Shown: one piece after another, positions 25,995 to 37,939 of the stretch
Layout: each line of letters opens with the position of its first letter
Numbering within the stretch: the first letter of the stretch is position 1
NCBI GenBank assembly: GCA_951804945.1
Contig: OX638158.1
Coordinates: 40,548,001-40,612,000 of the forward strand
Length of the DNA stretch: 64,000 bases
Reading direction: 5' to 3'
Origin: Podarcis cretensis
Taxonomy: Eukaryota
Program-made: the position numbers and the translations under genes
Notes under the pieces: generated by a model
Seen by the model: the letters and a program-made list of their open reading frames with translations, nothing else
Databases searched by the model: none
What the model was told of the DNA's origin: nothing

Positions 25995-26575
25995 CAGGAA
26001 AGGGTAATCTTTTTTCTCTCTGTTATCAGGATTGGCCTTGCAGGCCAAATTTGACAGGAGGTTGGGGCTGCCCACCTGTTACATCCCATGTGCACCTTGA
26101 CAAGTCTACCCCAACCCACTCCTCCTTTAAATACCTCATCTCAGAGGTTTAAAAGGAGAGATAAGAGAGGCTTGCAAATGCTTTTATGCAACCCCTGCAT
26201 TCCCATTTTGGTCTCTGAAGGCTGAAACAGGAGCACAACGGCCACTTTAAAGTGCTTTGCAAAAGAACTCTTTGAAGCAGCTCACATTTCTCCTTTAAGT
26301 GAGTGGCTGCCCTCCCACTCAGTTAAAAGAGAAGCTCAAACAGCATTTTTGCACAGCGCACACCCATCAGTTGACAAGTGGTGATTAAATACTGCATGAT
26401 CCTGTTTCATTCTAGGGAACAAGACACAAAGCCAATGTGGGATAAAATCCTACCCTCCTGCCCATCAGCTAATGTCATGGGTGTGAGGGCCTGGTTTGGG
26501 GAAATGGCTTCATGAGCCAAACTGGACCCTTGGTAAGACAAGACCAGCCTATGAGCTGAAGGTTCCCCACTCTTG
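25995..26575. mobile_element. hAT (Charlie-like) non-autonomous element inserted in a tRNA-derived SINE (SINE pieces about 25944-25994 and 26576-26625)
   Basis: Termini caggaaagggtaatct/aggttccccactcttg; TSD aactacac/gtctacac; the flanks join into the 23587-type SINE tail. Confidence 0.6.
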
Positions 26576-26932
26576 GTCTACACCGATTGATTCTCCAAGA
26601 TTTCAGATGGGAAGGGTCTTTTCAGCAGTGGTGCTTTGAAAACAGAAAGCAATCTCCAAGGATGCTGGTCCAGCTTTCTTTTAGATGCTAGGCAGAATCT
26701 TTCTTATTTACTCCGGCTTTTGAATTCTGTTATTCAATTATTTAAATTGTTCTTGTGCATTATATCCCCCACCTGCCACTCTTAAATATTGATGAAAGGC
26801 AATGTGATTAAATTAAGACAAATTCTAGCCAAACACATTCTCTTCTTCCCCCTCCTTGTACAGTTATTCAGCCTGATGCCTGAAATTCCAGCAAGAAGCA
26901 CCATCAGCATACAAAAAAATAACACTTTAAAT

Positions 26933-27068
26933 CAGGCTTCCTCAAACGCAGCCCTCCAGATGTTTTGAGGCTACAGTTCACATCATCCCTGACCACTGGT
27001 CCTGCTAGCTAGAGATCATGGGAGTTGTAGGCCAAAAACATCTGGACGGCCTAGTTTGAGGAAGCCTG
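26933..27068. mobile_element. hAT MITE, 136-bp family
   Basis: TIRs caggcttcctcaaac/gtttgaggaagcctg; TSD ctttaaat/ctttcaat. Confidence 0.9.
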
Positions 27069-27719
27069 CTTTCAATGGTCTCTGCTCAAATGCCCCTAAT
27101 CAGGACTGATTCTGCAAGAGCTCTCACCTCCTACTTGTCCCACTCCAAGACTTAGTAACTTACTTTAAGGGCAGAACAAGGCAGCACTATAATAACTAGA
27201 TTTTTAAAGCCTCATCTTTGACCTGCCATCTCTGCTGCATTTGGTCCAAGGCTCCACCCCACATACAATAAATTAAGGAGAGGAATGCCAACTTGGCCCT
27301 GCAACCATGGGTGCCTGGGGCCATGGGTGCCATGTAAGTGCATAGCCCTGGCACTGAAATTTGTGGGTGCCCACAATGTTAAGTTTGGATGGCATGACTG
27401 TATGTGGTGTGACAAAGCCAAAATATATAAGACCTTCTCCAATCATGTGACTAGGAAAAATCTAAACAGAGTTTGGGGAAAACGTAAGTAGTTACTTGAA
27501 AGGGGGACACCTTTGTGGCTGTTGCCAATAGAAGTGACAGTGAGGAAGAAGATAAATAAGGAAAATCAGTGGGGTACTAATAGAGACTTGGTGGACTTTA
27601 CAGGGGGAGAACCAAAACTGAAAAAAAATAAAAGAACTCAAAGACCAAGTGAAAGACTGACTAAATTACCCTCAACTCAATGCTAGGTTTAACATAGATT
27701 TTGAGGGGGGGGGGTTGCA

Positions 27720-28670
27720 GACCAGAGATCACAGTTTGAAATGAATTTATTAGGTTGCAAGGTTAAAATTCTTTCTAAAATGTACAAACTATTACTGGAT
27801 AGGAAATGATGGAGGAGTTGGTCAAGTCATCAATGATTTAGTTGGGCTAGGGATATGGAACACAATATTAATTTAAACTTATGGGAACATCTATGGACAA
27901 ACAACTTCAAATTCATGGCATGCTATACTTTAAAGAAAAATCATCTAAAGATGGTCCACAGGTGGTATTTAACACCAAATAGGCTGGCAAAGATGTTTAA
28001 ATCATAGAGTGATAAATGCTAGAAGTGTAAGTGTAAAAAACACACCAATAGGAACATTTTACCACATGTGTTGATCTTGCAGTGTGATTAAAGAATATTG
28101 AGAAACAATTTGATTGTTCTTTAAAAGCCCCAAGTTATTCCTCCTAGGCATAACAACATCTGAAGTCCCAAAGAACCAAATGAGTCTGATGCTGTATGCA
28201 ACCACAGCTGATTGGATTTTACTGGCACAAAAGTGGAAAACGGACGCAGTGCCAAAAAAAGATGAGTGGCATCACAAATTGTTGGAATATGTAGAGTTTG
28301 CAGCTATGACAAATAGAACAAGAAAAGAGGTGACAAAAGCTTAAGTGTGGTGTAGTGGTGTAGTGTTAAGAGCGGTATACTCGTAATCTGGTGAACCGGG
28401 TTTGCATCCCTGCTCCTCCACATGCTGCTGCTGGGTGATCTTGGGCCAGTCACACTTCTTTGAAGTCTCTCAGCCCCACTCACCTCACAGAGTGTTTGTT
28501 GTGGGGGGAGGAAGGGAAAGGAGAATGTTAGCCACTTTGAGACTCCTTCAGGTAGTGATAAAGCAGGATATCAAATCCAAACTCTTCTTCTTAAGGAAGA
28601 ATGAAAGTTATATATGGAATATATGAAATAACATTGTAACAAGATAATTAACCTGGCAGGATGTGAGTAG
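27720..28670 (+). mobile_element. L1 LINE ORF2 C-terminal fossil, interrupted by a SINE
   Basis: Broken translation KILSKMYKLLL...LWEHLW...KMVHRWYLTPNRLAKMF...KC*KC...GTFYHMC*SC (CCHC knuckle) ...LFLLGI...LAQKWK...EW; ORF 28114-28344 is part of it. Confidence 0.85.
28346..28589 (+). mobile_element. Squam3-like (MIR/Ther1-derived) SINE
   Basis: tRNA-like head tgtggtgtagtg..ttaagagc, CORE 'gggtgatcttgggccagtcac', L2-like tail ending (CTT)n; TSD cttaag at 28340-28345 and 28590-28595. Confidence 0.8.
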
Positions 28671-29784
28671 CTCAGCTCATACTGTATATTTTTTCATGAT
28701 GTTGAAAAGATGCAGATGACTGTGAAGAGAGCCTACTGAAGCCACCAAGGAACATGAGCTTGCATATTCAGATTGGTCTATTATTCACTGCTGCGATTCC
28801 TAGCCAGGAAGGCGGATGTGTTTGTGTCTTCCAGCACCGTCCTAGGTGAAAGAGTGTAGATTCCCCAAACAGAAGCAGTTTCTTTCCCATCACCCCGCCT
28901 CTGAGCTTTCCACAGCACCTTGTACCAGTGAAGTGGGTTCAGGTGCAGAAGGCAGATGTATTCACAGGCACAGCTACTTTACAAGCATGAAATATTATAT
29001 AGATAAGTTCCTTGCTCTGCTCCCCACGTTATTGAATAATAGGTTTGAAGAGATTGCTATAAATTTGGTTTTGGCAGTAAATAACTGGCTGCAGAGATAT
29101 CAGACAATTTGCTGAGCTTTAAATTTATACATAGAATGTGCCTTTTTCACAGCAGAGTCAATTTGTTTTTGTAAGCACTGAAGAATGCCTAGATTATGGC
29201 ACCCAGGCATCGACTCTGACCAGGAAACAAGTTGAACGGAACGTTTTTGTGAGTTAGAATTGGCATATTTAGCAATACAGCCTGGCTCATATTTCATTGT
29301 GGATATCGAGCGTTTGCCACCTTCGCTTGCAAGAACTTTACAGGCTAATAAGGACTTTTGAAATAATTCATCGTCTCCAAATTATATTATTCTTTAGCAC
29401 TTCTACAGTACTCTCAGCTGTTTGATAGCTGAAATAGGGAGCTTCTGCATATGTTTTCAGCAGCATTGAACAGTGCTTGTCATTTAGTAATTTTTCATAA
29501 GTTGCTGTATAGGGTGTGAAAGTGTTCCCCCAACAAAGTGAAGGTAATGAGGAACAGGACATATTGAGGTCATTATCCATTGGCTTTGCTTGCCCTCTGT
29601 GATGTCATCACATAACAATTTTGACAACTGCAGAGCTAAGCATGACAAGAGGCACTTGCAGCATTTTGATTTTATCACATCGCTGATAGACTGGATCATA
29701 ATGTGAAGGATGAAGCTGTAAATGGGAGATGGGGAGAGAATGGCAACCAAAAAATAGCAAATTAATGGAGTAATGGCTGTGAAG

Positions 29785-29786
<2 letters not shown>

Positions 29787-29817
<31 letters not shown>
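29787..29817. repeat. (CA)n microsatellite
   Basis: Seen directly. Confidence 0.95.
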
Positions 29818-29819
<2 letters not shown>

Positions 29820-30358
29820 TTATTTTGCCAGGCTTTTGGCAAACTGTAGTATGCATGAGCACAGTTGTGTGTTGTACCGTCCGTTCTCTTATTTTATCAG
29901 TTGCTTTTAGTTTATTCTGTTTATTTTGTATTTACGTTTTAATGAGAGTTAGGATAAGTACTGAGGTGTTTTAATATGTTGTTCTCTTCCCTGGAGAAGT
30001 ATGGTACAGCATATAGACTTACTTAAAAAGATGAACCTGTTCAGAGGTGATCTCAGTTTCTCAGAAAGCACTTGTTTTTCCTTAATGAAACTACTGAATA
30101 TTTGTAGCTCTACTGGACATGCCTAAAAGCAAACACCTGTTTATTTGTTAATTTAACAAAAGTTGCATACAAGTTAACTGCAAATAAAACTTCTAAGGCT
30201 GCAATTCCATTTTGGGAAGTCTCTGGAGAAAGATAAGGCTGGTATTAAGTGACAGGGAACCCACCCAAATCCACTCATCCAGTAATGCATACTAGCTGCA
30301 TAAACTTATGTCAATTCAAGAGTTTATCCAGATCCAACTGAACCTCTAGGCCTTGTCA

Positions 30359-30632
30359 ACTGTTTGTGAGGACTGTACAACGCTAGTGTGCTTTAAAGAA
30401 GCTTTGTGAAAATACAAGGAATATTGTTAGTAAGCAAATAAGGTCAGAAATATAGTGTTTAATGGCAATATTAAAATTAAGGAATGTGAAGATAGGATTC
30501 GAATTACGAATGATTGTCAGAGAAGTTGAGGGAGGTCCAATAAGCTAAAATATGTGATGTGTAAACTGATATGACTGGAGTTTTTCATGAAAATTTTTTT
30601 AATAAAAATTTAAAATAATAATAATAAAAAAA
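30359..30632 (+). mobile_element. 5'-truncated L1-type 3' end with A-rich tail
   Basis: Perfect 19-bp TSD gaacctctaggccttgtca at 30340-30358 and 30633-30651; AATAAA and A/(AAT) tail. Confidence 0.85.
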
Positions 30633-30869
30633 GAACCTCTAGGCCTTGTCACATGAGGATGTACCTTCACCCTAATGTGCTATCAGACTTTGTCATGATG
30701 CTAACATGTGAATACTCTTCTTACCATCCCATTTTGTGCCATTTACTAGAAGTAACAGGAGGGAGATTTCCATTCTCTCTGAAAGTGGTAGATAACTATA
30801 TAGAACAATATATATATGATTAAATACTAAATGAAGTATTTTACCATTTTCAACACTATTATTAGCAGT

Positions 30870-32240
30870 TTTTAATTCCTGGCTGCTCCCCGCACCTTGA
30901 TAATCAGCAGAATTAAATACTGGATACTGTTATAGCTATATTATGATGGATCGATTAAAAGGAAAAGCCTAAAGAGATTCTCTAATAAATACAATCCAGT
31001 TCTATAATGAAATCTCCATGGGGGATCTATTCCTCATGTTTTCTTGATAAGAATTTTAAAAATTCTAATTAATCCAAAAATTATATTAAGCAGTATAAAT
31101 ATTGCTCCCCTCATACTTTTCTCTGCCTTTTACATTTATTCTCATCCTCTTCATTCTGCTGGTTCGATATGGCGTGTAAAACCCTGACTTTTCTGTTCTT
31201 TCCTTAACTTATCAAGTTTTCATTGTGATATCTTACCTATGAATTCTCCTCCCCTGATATCCATACTGATTCATCTATTTCCACTTCCAAAAGAACTTGT
31301 TGAAACATACATATTGTTGTTGTTTAGTCATTCAGTCGTGTCCGACTCTTCGTGACCCCATGGACCAGAGCACGCCAGGCACTCCTGTCTTCCACTGCCT
31401 CTCACAGTTTGGTCAAACTCATGCTGGTAGCTTCGAGAACACTATCCAACCATCTCATCCTCTGTCGTCCCCTTCTCCTTGTGCCCTCCATCTTACCCAG
31501 CATCAGGGCTGATTTCCTTCAGAATGGATAGGTTTGATCTTCTTGCAGTCCATGGGACTCTCAAGAGTCTCCTCCAGCACCATAATTCAAAAGCATCAAT
31601 TCTTTGGCAATCAGCCTTCTTTATGGTTCAGCTCTCACTTCCATACATCACTACTGGGAAAACCATAGCTTTAACTATACGGACCTTTGTTGGCAAGGTG
31701 ATGTCTCTGCTTTTTAAGATGCTGCCTAGGTTTGTCATTGCTTTTCTCCCAAGAAGCAGGCTTCTTTTAATTTCGTGGCTACTGTCACCATCTGCAGTGA
31801 TCATGGAGCCCAAGAAAGTAAAATCTCTCACTGCCTCCATTTCTTCCCCTTCTATCTGCCAAGAGGTGATGGGACCAGTGGCCATGATCTTCGGTTTTTT
31901 GATGTTGAGCTTCAGACCATATTTTGCACTCTCCTGTTTCACCCTCATTAAAAGGTTCTCTATTTTCCCCCTAATATTGGATGGAATGAAATCTTTGATA
32001 GTATCTGCAAGAGGCTTTTTTCCTGCAGAGTACAGTGATCAATTGGGTGTATAAAGGATGATATAAACTTCTAGGTATCCTAGTCCTAAACTAAGATTTC
32101 TTTAACTATTGTGTACTAATGTTGAATATATTTTCAACTTGTAAAATAAAAACTAAAGTTTAAAACATTTACATCTTCCTCTCTTAAAAATATTGTTTTC
32201 TTCCTCCATTTCCTCTGAACCATCCAGCTCTTCATCTCCT
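30870..32240 (-). mobile_element. Highly decayed L1 ORF2 C-terminal fossil split by BovB
   Basis: Minus-strand remnants ILSKI, LEVEIDESVW, YRT...RM...NKCKR are colinear with the 27720-28670 L1; heavily frameshifted. Confidence 0.45.
31314..31959 (-). mobile_element. RTE-BovB LINE, 5'-truncated, with internal deletion
   Basis: ORF 31628-31948 (GLKLNIKK.KIMATGPITSWQIEGEEME.V.DF.FLGS...VFPVVMYG.ES) is the BovB RT C-terminus, followed by RIDAFELWCWRRLLRVPWTARRSN; (CAA)n tail at 31314. Confidence 0.95.
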
Positions 32241-32862
32241 ATTTTGCATTTCCTCATTCCTGTCCTCTTTCTGTGCAATGTCTATGTAATTGTTCAGTGT
32301 TTAGTTACTGAAGGTGCTGGTAGTGATGATGATCCCTTCTTTTGCTTTGCAGATGACCTTTAAATAATTATTACTCTGGTTGCATTTCGTTAAATTAACC
32401 TGATATAATCTTTAGCTTCATATTTTTAGATAATTGAGCAAAAGTCACATTGCTGAAAGAAATATATTTGAAGAGATAATTAGTAAACCAGCAAATTAAA
32501 CATCAGCCAAGGTCAAATCCTGCCAAGTAATAAGGGCTAATATTCTTAGGCCTTTCCCACCCTGCCATTGACTGTGTGTTTGGAGCTGTTTGCTTTCCTA
32601 TTAAATTTGTGTAGTCCACATCACATCACCCTCAAACCCTAATCTTGAAGCTTTCCCCCTGTAAATCTGGATTTACCCAAGCAGGCTCCAAAATGTTCCA
32701 CTTGGGGTCGCAGATGCTTTGTTTTGGTATTTTAGAGTGGGTGGATCAATTGTCACTTTCTGCTACTCTGCTTTCCATGCCCACTGCTTCCTCAATTCTT
32801 TCATTCCTTTTTCAGCTGTGCTCATAGCGATGTCTGATGCACTCTTGAATGGAAGAATAAGT

Positions 32863-32908
32863 CTTCTTCTTCTTCTTCTTCTTCTTCTTCTTCTTCTTCT
32901 TCTTCTTC
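32863..32908. repeat. (CTT)n microsatellite
   Basis: Seen directly; explains the poly-Leu in ORF 32719-33009. Confidence 0.95.
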
Positions 32909-33443
32909 ATCTCTCAGATTTGCACAAAACCAGAAAACTACACAAGCAAACCACAATCCAAATTTCTACACCAGAAACATTGGGAAGCAATCTGAAAAGT
33001 GTGTGCTGAGAATTTACAGTTGCTTTCATTCCTTTGCTAACCTGCTAATTAAGGCATATCAAGAGCTTAGCAATATATATTTCTTTTGATCGGATTAATG
33101 CAAAACCAGAAAACTGCACAAGCAGATTTACAATCACCTGAGTGCTTTTGCACAATTCTCGGGCAGGGAATTTATTTTTCAAAAACAAAGTACATGCACA
33201 TCTTTTTGCACACCTGCCATGTCAGTATTTCATTGGCATAATAGAATTAACAGATTAGAAGGCAGGGACAAACACAAGAGGGCATGCCCACTAGTATGAA
33301 CAGGAAAGACCAAAGTTGATCCTCATATACATATAAATCCAAATATGTGTGGGTGTAGGACTTACTCTGGCCTAATTCAAGAGGGAGAAAAGTGGATCAA
33401 AAGCTAAATAATGCTGAAATGTGGGCAAGTCCTTGGTAGCAAG

Positions 33444-33761
33444 CAATGCCGAATTTACGTATAAGCTAAACAAGCTATAACTTAGGGCCCCACTCCCTTG
33501 GGGGCCCCAAAAATATTTAAAGGAAAAAAATCTGGATGTACATTTCCAAAATATAAGATAAAAAACAAATAAAATAAAACCTACATACAGCAACAGTGTT
33601 TTTTGTTGTGTATGGACCTATTAGATCCATAAATTACCATATAGCATATATTCAACACAAAAAACAGCAACAATTTGTTGTTGATAAAGGACAGCTGGAC
33701 ATATAAAGGCCCCCATTACCTTCAGTAGCTTAGGGCCTCATCAAACCTAAATCTGGCCCTG
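33444..33761. mobile_element. hAT (Tip100-like) MITE, 318 bp
   Basis: TIRs caatgccgaattta/taaatctggccctg; perfect TSD gtagcaag at 33436-33443 and 33762-33769. Confidence 0.85.
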
Positions 33762-34399
33762 GTAGCAAGCAGCAAATCTGAACACACACACATACACATT
33801 GCCACACTTTCCAGTTACTGATAATATTGCCCTCCCCAAAAAACACATTTCCTTTCCATCTCACCTCCCAAGAGAACTAAATAACACATGTTACAATATG
33901 GCAAAATTAATACAAACAAAATGATGCAGTATAGCACTGGAAATGGAAGTAGTAGATGCCTTAAGTCCCATGGCAGTTTTGGGCAAATTTCATATTAATT
34001 CACAAGGGCCTTGGAGCTCTCATATGTACACTCAAGTCTCTGTTACCATCATTAATTCTTCTCTATATGATGAAAAATGAAAGCAAAGCAGCTTCAGAGA
34101 TGCATCTCTAAAATGAATCAGACTCATAAACATCTCTTCTGTAAATTCTTGGTATCTCAATACAGTGGAATCCCAATCCTCTTAAGGATTCCACTGCCAA
34201 CAATAATTTCAGCAAAACCACATCTGTCTGGGCCCTGGCAAATCTGTTAATAATATATAGTCCTTGCTCATTTGCTAAGCCTTATGTGGCAACATAGTTG
34301 GACTACATTGTGAGGTTGTGCAGAAAAATGTATCTTGCCAGACACCAATAAAGAGTCCAGTTTTATCAAACATTTATCAAACAGATATTTTTGAGTCTG

Positions 34400-34730
34400 A
34401 CAGACGCTTTTGTCCCTGCAACTTCTGTAAGCCAGTGTATTGGTCCTATCAATTTGCCTTGATTGTGTGGCCTCTGTCTACTCTTTGTTTTCCTGACTGC
34501 TATCTTAGATGGAGATCCCTGCCTGCCTTTGACCTTGCATGTGTTTTTGGCTCCTTCAACCCTCCATTGCTCCCTCAGAATGCCTGCTTTGCCCTGTGCT
34601 TGCTCTTTGAGCATCATCTGCCAGATCTGGTGCCTGACCTCCTGCTCATCTGGGACTACATGCACTGCCCTCCTGATCTGCATCTGCTTGAACCTGAACT
34701 GGACCCCAGGTACATCCAGTCTTGAGCAGC
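34400..34730 (+). mobile_element. Possible decayed Gypsy-type LTR fragment
   Basis: Pyrimidine-skewed 'cctgcctgcctttgaccttg...cctgacctcctg' low-complexity pattern typical of vertebrate LTR R/U5 regions; no termini identified. Confidence 0.3.
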
Positions 34731-35221
34731 CAGAGGTATTGATTCTGAGTAGAAAGATATGAAAGCAATTTACACATCTACAAACATAACAGAGCACTCT
34801 CATGTCTGCTTTTTCAGACTTCCATCAATAGAAAGCAATTGTAATACCCAACGAGGTGTCAAAACAGACAAGTTGGTAATCATACCAATGGATGCTGTGC
34901 TGTGCAAACATGTCAATTTGTCATGACTTTGAGCACCATTAATATGCTGAAGAAACACACATTGCATCTCTTGATACACTGCACTCCATACATCCTATAC
35001 TTGCTTATGAAGGAAATCTGAGAAAAATCTGCCGACACTGAGTAACAGAGGGGAGGCTTCTGCCATTCTATAGAACAAAATGAAATTGTCTCATGGTACT
35101 ATATTTTTCTTAGTGTGACACAGCATATATTACAGAAAATGTCCCAAATTTGGTAAATATTGACATACATATTTGAAATTTGACATTTTCAGATAGTTTG
35201 TGAATGTATAAAAATGAATGT

Positions 35222-35370
35222 TAAAGGTAAAGGGACCCCTGACCATTAGGTCCAGTCGTGACCGACTCTGGGGTTGCAGCGCTCATCTCGCCTTATTGTC
35301 CGAGGGAACCGGCGTTTGTCCGCAGACAGCTTCCAGGTCATGTGGTCAGCATGACTAAGCTGCTTCTGGC
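35222..35370 (-). mobile_element. Sauria SINE, 5'-truncated
   Basis: (ACCTTT)-type tail and BovB-like 3' end 'ccagtcgtgaccgactctggggttgc'; aligns to 52472-52620. Confidence 0.92.
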
Positions 35371-35449
35371 TTATTATCAAAATGCAATAGGCACCATTCC
35401 TTCCCTACAGTATGCATTTTTGGTCTGCTTCTCATTGTTGTGCATGGGG

Positions 35450-35767
35450 TGATGAGAAGGCCTTCTCTTCATTGGCCCCCAGAGTGTGCAATGAGCTCAC
35501 CTCTGAGGTGCACCTCGTGAAATCATTGTATGCTTTTCATCAATTGCTCAAGGCCTTGACTGGGTAAATGTTTTTGCTGTTGCTGCATTGCTCGTCTCTG
35601 CTCAAGCTTTGCTAATTTTATTCTTCTGTGCTCTTGGTTGGCTAATTTTGTTATTGGTTAGTTTAATGGTTTTCTTTCATGATGCCATTATAATTTGTAC
35701 TTTTAAATTATGACACTTTGTAAGTCATGGGAACGTTCAGTTAAGGGTGGCCTATAACAACAACAAA
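35450..35767 (+). mobile_element. Old L2 3' fragment
   Basis: EKAFSSLAPRVCNELTSEVHL..SL.AFHQLLK motif followed by a T-rich 3' UTR. Confidence 0.6.
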
Positions 35768-35839
35768 CTGCTGGTAGCTGTGTTCACAAACTGCCCATCT
35801 AATGAGGCAATGCATGGCATTCTGAGAAAAAGGTTTCCT

Positions 35840-35937
35840 TCCACCAGTTTAACTAGTATCTGAAGAAGTGTGCATGTACACAAAAGCTTATACCAAGAAT
35901 AAATTTAGTTGGTCTCTTAGGTGCTACTGGACAATTA
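35840..35937 (+). mobile_element. Penelope-like element terminal fragment carrying a decayed hammerhead motif
   Basis: 'gtatctgaagaagtgtgcatgtacacaaaagcttatacc...ttagttggtctcttaggtgctactgga' resembles reptile Penelope pseudo-LTR ends. Confidence 0.7.
35854..35895 (+). ncRNA. Degenerate minimal type-I hammerhead ribozyme (probably inactive)
   Basis: Stem I tagtat/atacca, CUGAAGA at 35860-35866, stem II gtgtgc/gtacac, AAAA in place of GAAA, palindromic AGCU stem III. Confidence 0.6.
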
Positions 35938-36192
35938 TATATCAACAACAAGCAAGCAAGCAAAATGCTGCCCTAAACTATGTGTCTGATATGCATTTCC
36001 CCCATAAAACACACGTTTTTGTGAACTATTTTTGAACAAAAACTTCATTGCAAAAGTTGGAGAACCGTAATCCAACTGATAACTGTGCACAAGTGTCCGA
36101 CGAGTGAATTGGGTTGGCTAGCTTCAGAAGGTGGACTGAAGTAATCATTCCTCCATTCCTAGCTGGTGTATGTCTGAAAAGTGATGCATATC

Positions 36193-36342
36193 CAGTTTTT
36201 TTTTCTATATTAAAAAAAATGTTTAGGGGTACTCTCATTTTCCTACTCATATTGAAATACTGTCCCTCAATGAGGCCAAACTCAGATTGACAAAATGTTT
36301 AGGGGTATGCGTACCCCTGCATCCCCCCAGAAAAAAGCACTG
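36193..36342. mobile_element. hAT-type MITE, 150 bp
   Basis: TIRs cagtttttttttct/agaaaaaagcactg; TSD tgcatatc/tgtatatc; internal repeat aaaatgtttaggggta twice. Confidence 0.8.
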
Positions 36343-37708
36343 TGTATATCCATTTCCAGGCAGTCACAAACTTCATCTGGAAATGCAAGCAATCAGTGGT
36401 GAATATCAGCATTCACCAAATTCCAGACATTTACTGTAACAATTGTACTGTATCTTAAATTAGTGTTACCGGCCACACCAATTTCTGTCAAGTGGCAGCA
36501 AGAAAGTCCAGAGAACATGGCACTTAACCAGGGCTTGTGGTTCTTTGGCAAAAATTAGGTACAGTCGAGTCTACGCTGTCACACATATTTTCACCTGAGT
36601 TTTATGGAGGGAGAGTTTGCAGCATTTACATTTAGTTGTCCTTGTGTTCTTGTTGACATTGCTGTCAGTGATCTCCTGAACAGCCTGTATTTTTTCACTG
36701 GTCTGGCATCTTCTCTTCATATTCCAAAAATCAGCTAAATTCTACCCCTTTACCAAATTTAGAATTATGGAGAGTCTGCCCACCCCACCCCACCCCCAAT
36801 TTCATAACATTATAATAACAAGTTTTTTTCAATTGCATCATAATACTGTGTAATGTATTAAATGACAGTTTAGTCATTGATATTAGCAAGAATTAAATCA
36901 CCTCATCAGATAACATAAAGAAATAAGTTATCAACCTATAAAAGAAGCACACCTATTACTATTGAGGGTGCATTTTAAAGGTGATTGATCACACAAGCAA
37001 CCTCATTGTATCTGAAGTTTCCTAGAGTGCACGCTCCTTAACGTCACATCTAATCCAGTCAAAGTATGGGACAAAAGCATTTTAACCATACATAAACCAC
37101 TCCAATAGAAAACCGAAGCAAACTTGAACGACTTGATGTTTCATTTTCTTAGCCAATTTATTTTAAAATATAGTTGGCTGTAAACTTTGCCAGCATTGCA
37201 TTTAAAACCACATAAGTCTTTTCAACCTTCGTTCTGGCATAAAATATTTCCTGACAGTAATTAAGCAGCAGACATATACGAGGTGTCAGCTAATGAGTAG
37301 AGCCATTTATTTACATATCCCCCATACATATGCACACTATAATTTCATGAATTTAATTATAAGCAATGATAACTACTTTCACTATTTTGTTTTTGTTTAA
37401 AAAGTTTTCTGCCAGTTGGAACCATGGAGGAAGGGGCATAACATTCTACGTGGGTAGTAAGAGCCCCTAGATTTTATTGCTTTATCCATCTTAATAGCCT
37501 TCATTTTATCTTATTTTTATCACACTTTTATTCCACCCCTTTCTCAAAGCAGCTTAGTAAAATGTGTATATGTGGAGCTATCCACTTTTGTGCTCTTGGC
37601 TGACATAAATCATCAAATCTAGAGACCAGAAAATTAGACCTGTAAACATGGTGTGTCCATCACCACAGAGTTGGAGTAAGTGGCTATAAGAAAAGCTTGC
37701 ATGTATGG

Positions 37709-37840
37709 CAGGCATGGGGAATTGTGACCTCCCAGATATTATTGGATTAGAACCTCTGTTATCCCAGGACATTGGCCACGCTGGCTGGGACTGATGAAAG
37801 TTGGAGCAATATCTGGAATGCCAAAGGTTCCCCATCCCTG
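37709..37840. mobile_element. Old hAT MITE (relative of the 136-bp family)
   Basis: TIRs caggcatggggaa/ttccccatccctg; TSD no longer recognisable. Confidence 0.65.
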
Positions 37841-37939
37841 ATTGGCTTGAACTGAATTGCATAGGTTGCACTCTCCTCACTTGAGATTCACAGGGACTTG
37901 TATTCATACGGATTCAGCCTCCATTGAATGGAGACAGAA

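Noticed and set aside
31479-32054. Longest ORF in the track (191 aa, + strand)
   Set aside because: It is the antisense frame of the BovB RT fragment, not a gene.
34318-34803. Overlapping 135, 145 and 99 aa ORFs
   Set aside because: No recognisable domain; stop-codon scarcity is explained by a low-complexity, LTR-like composition.
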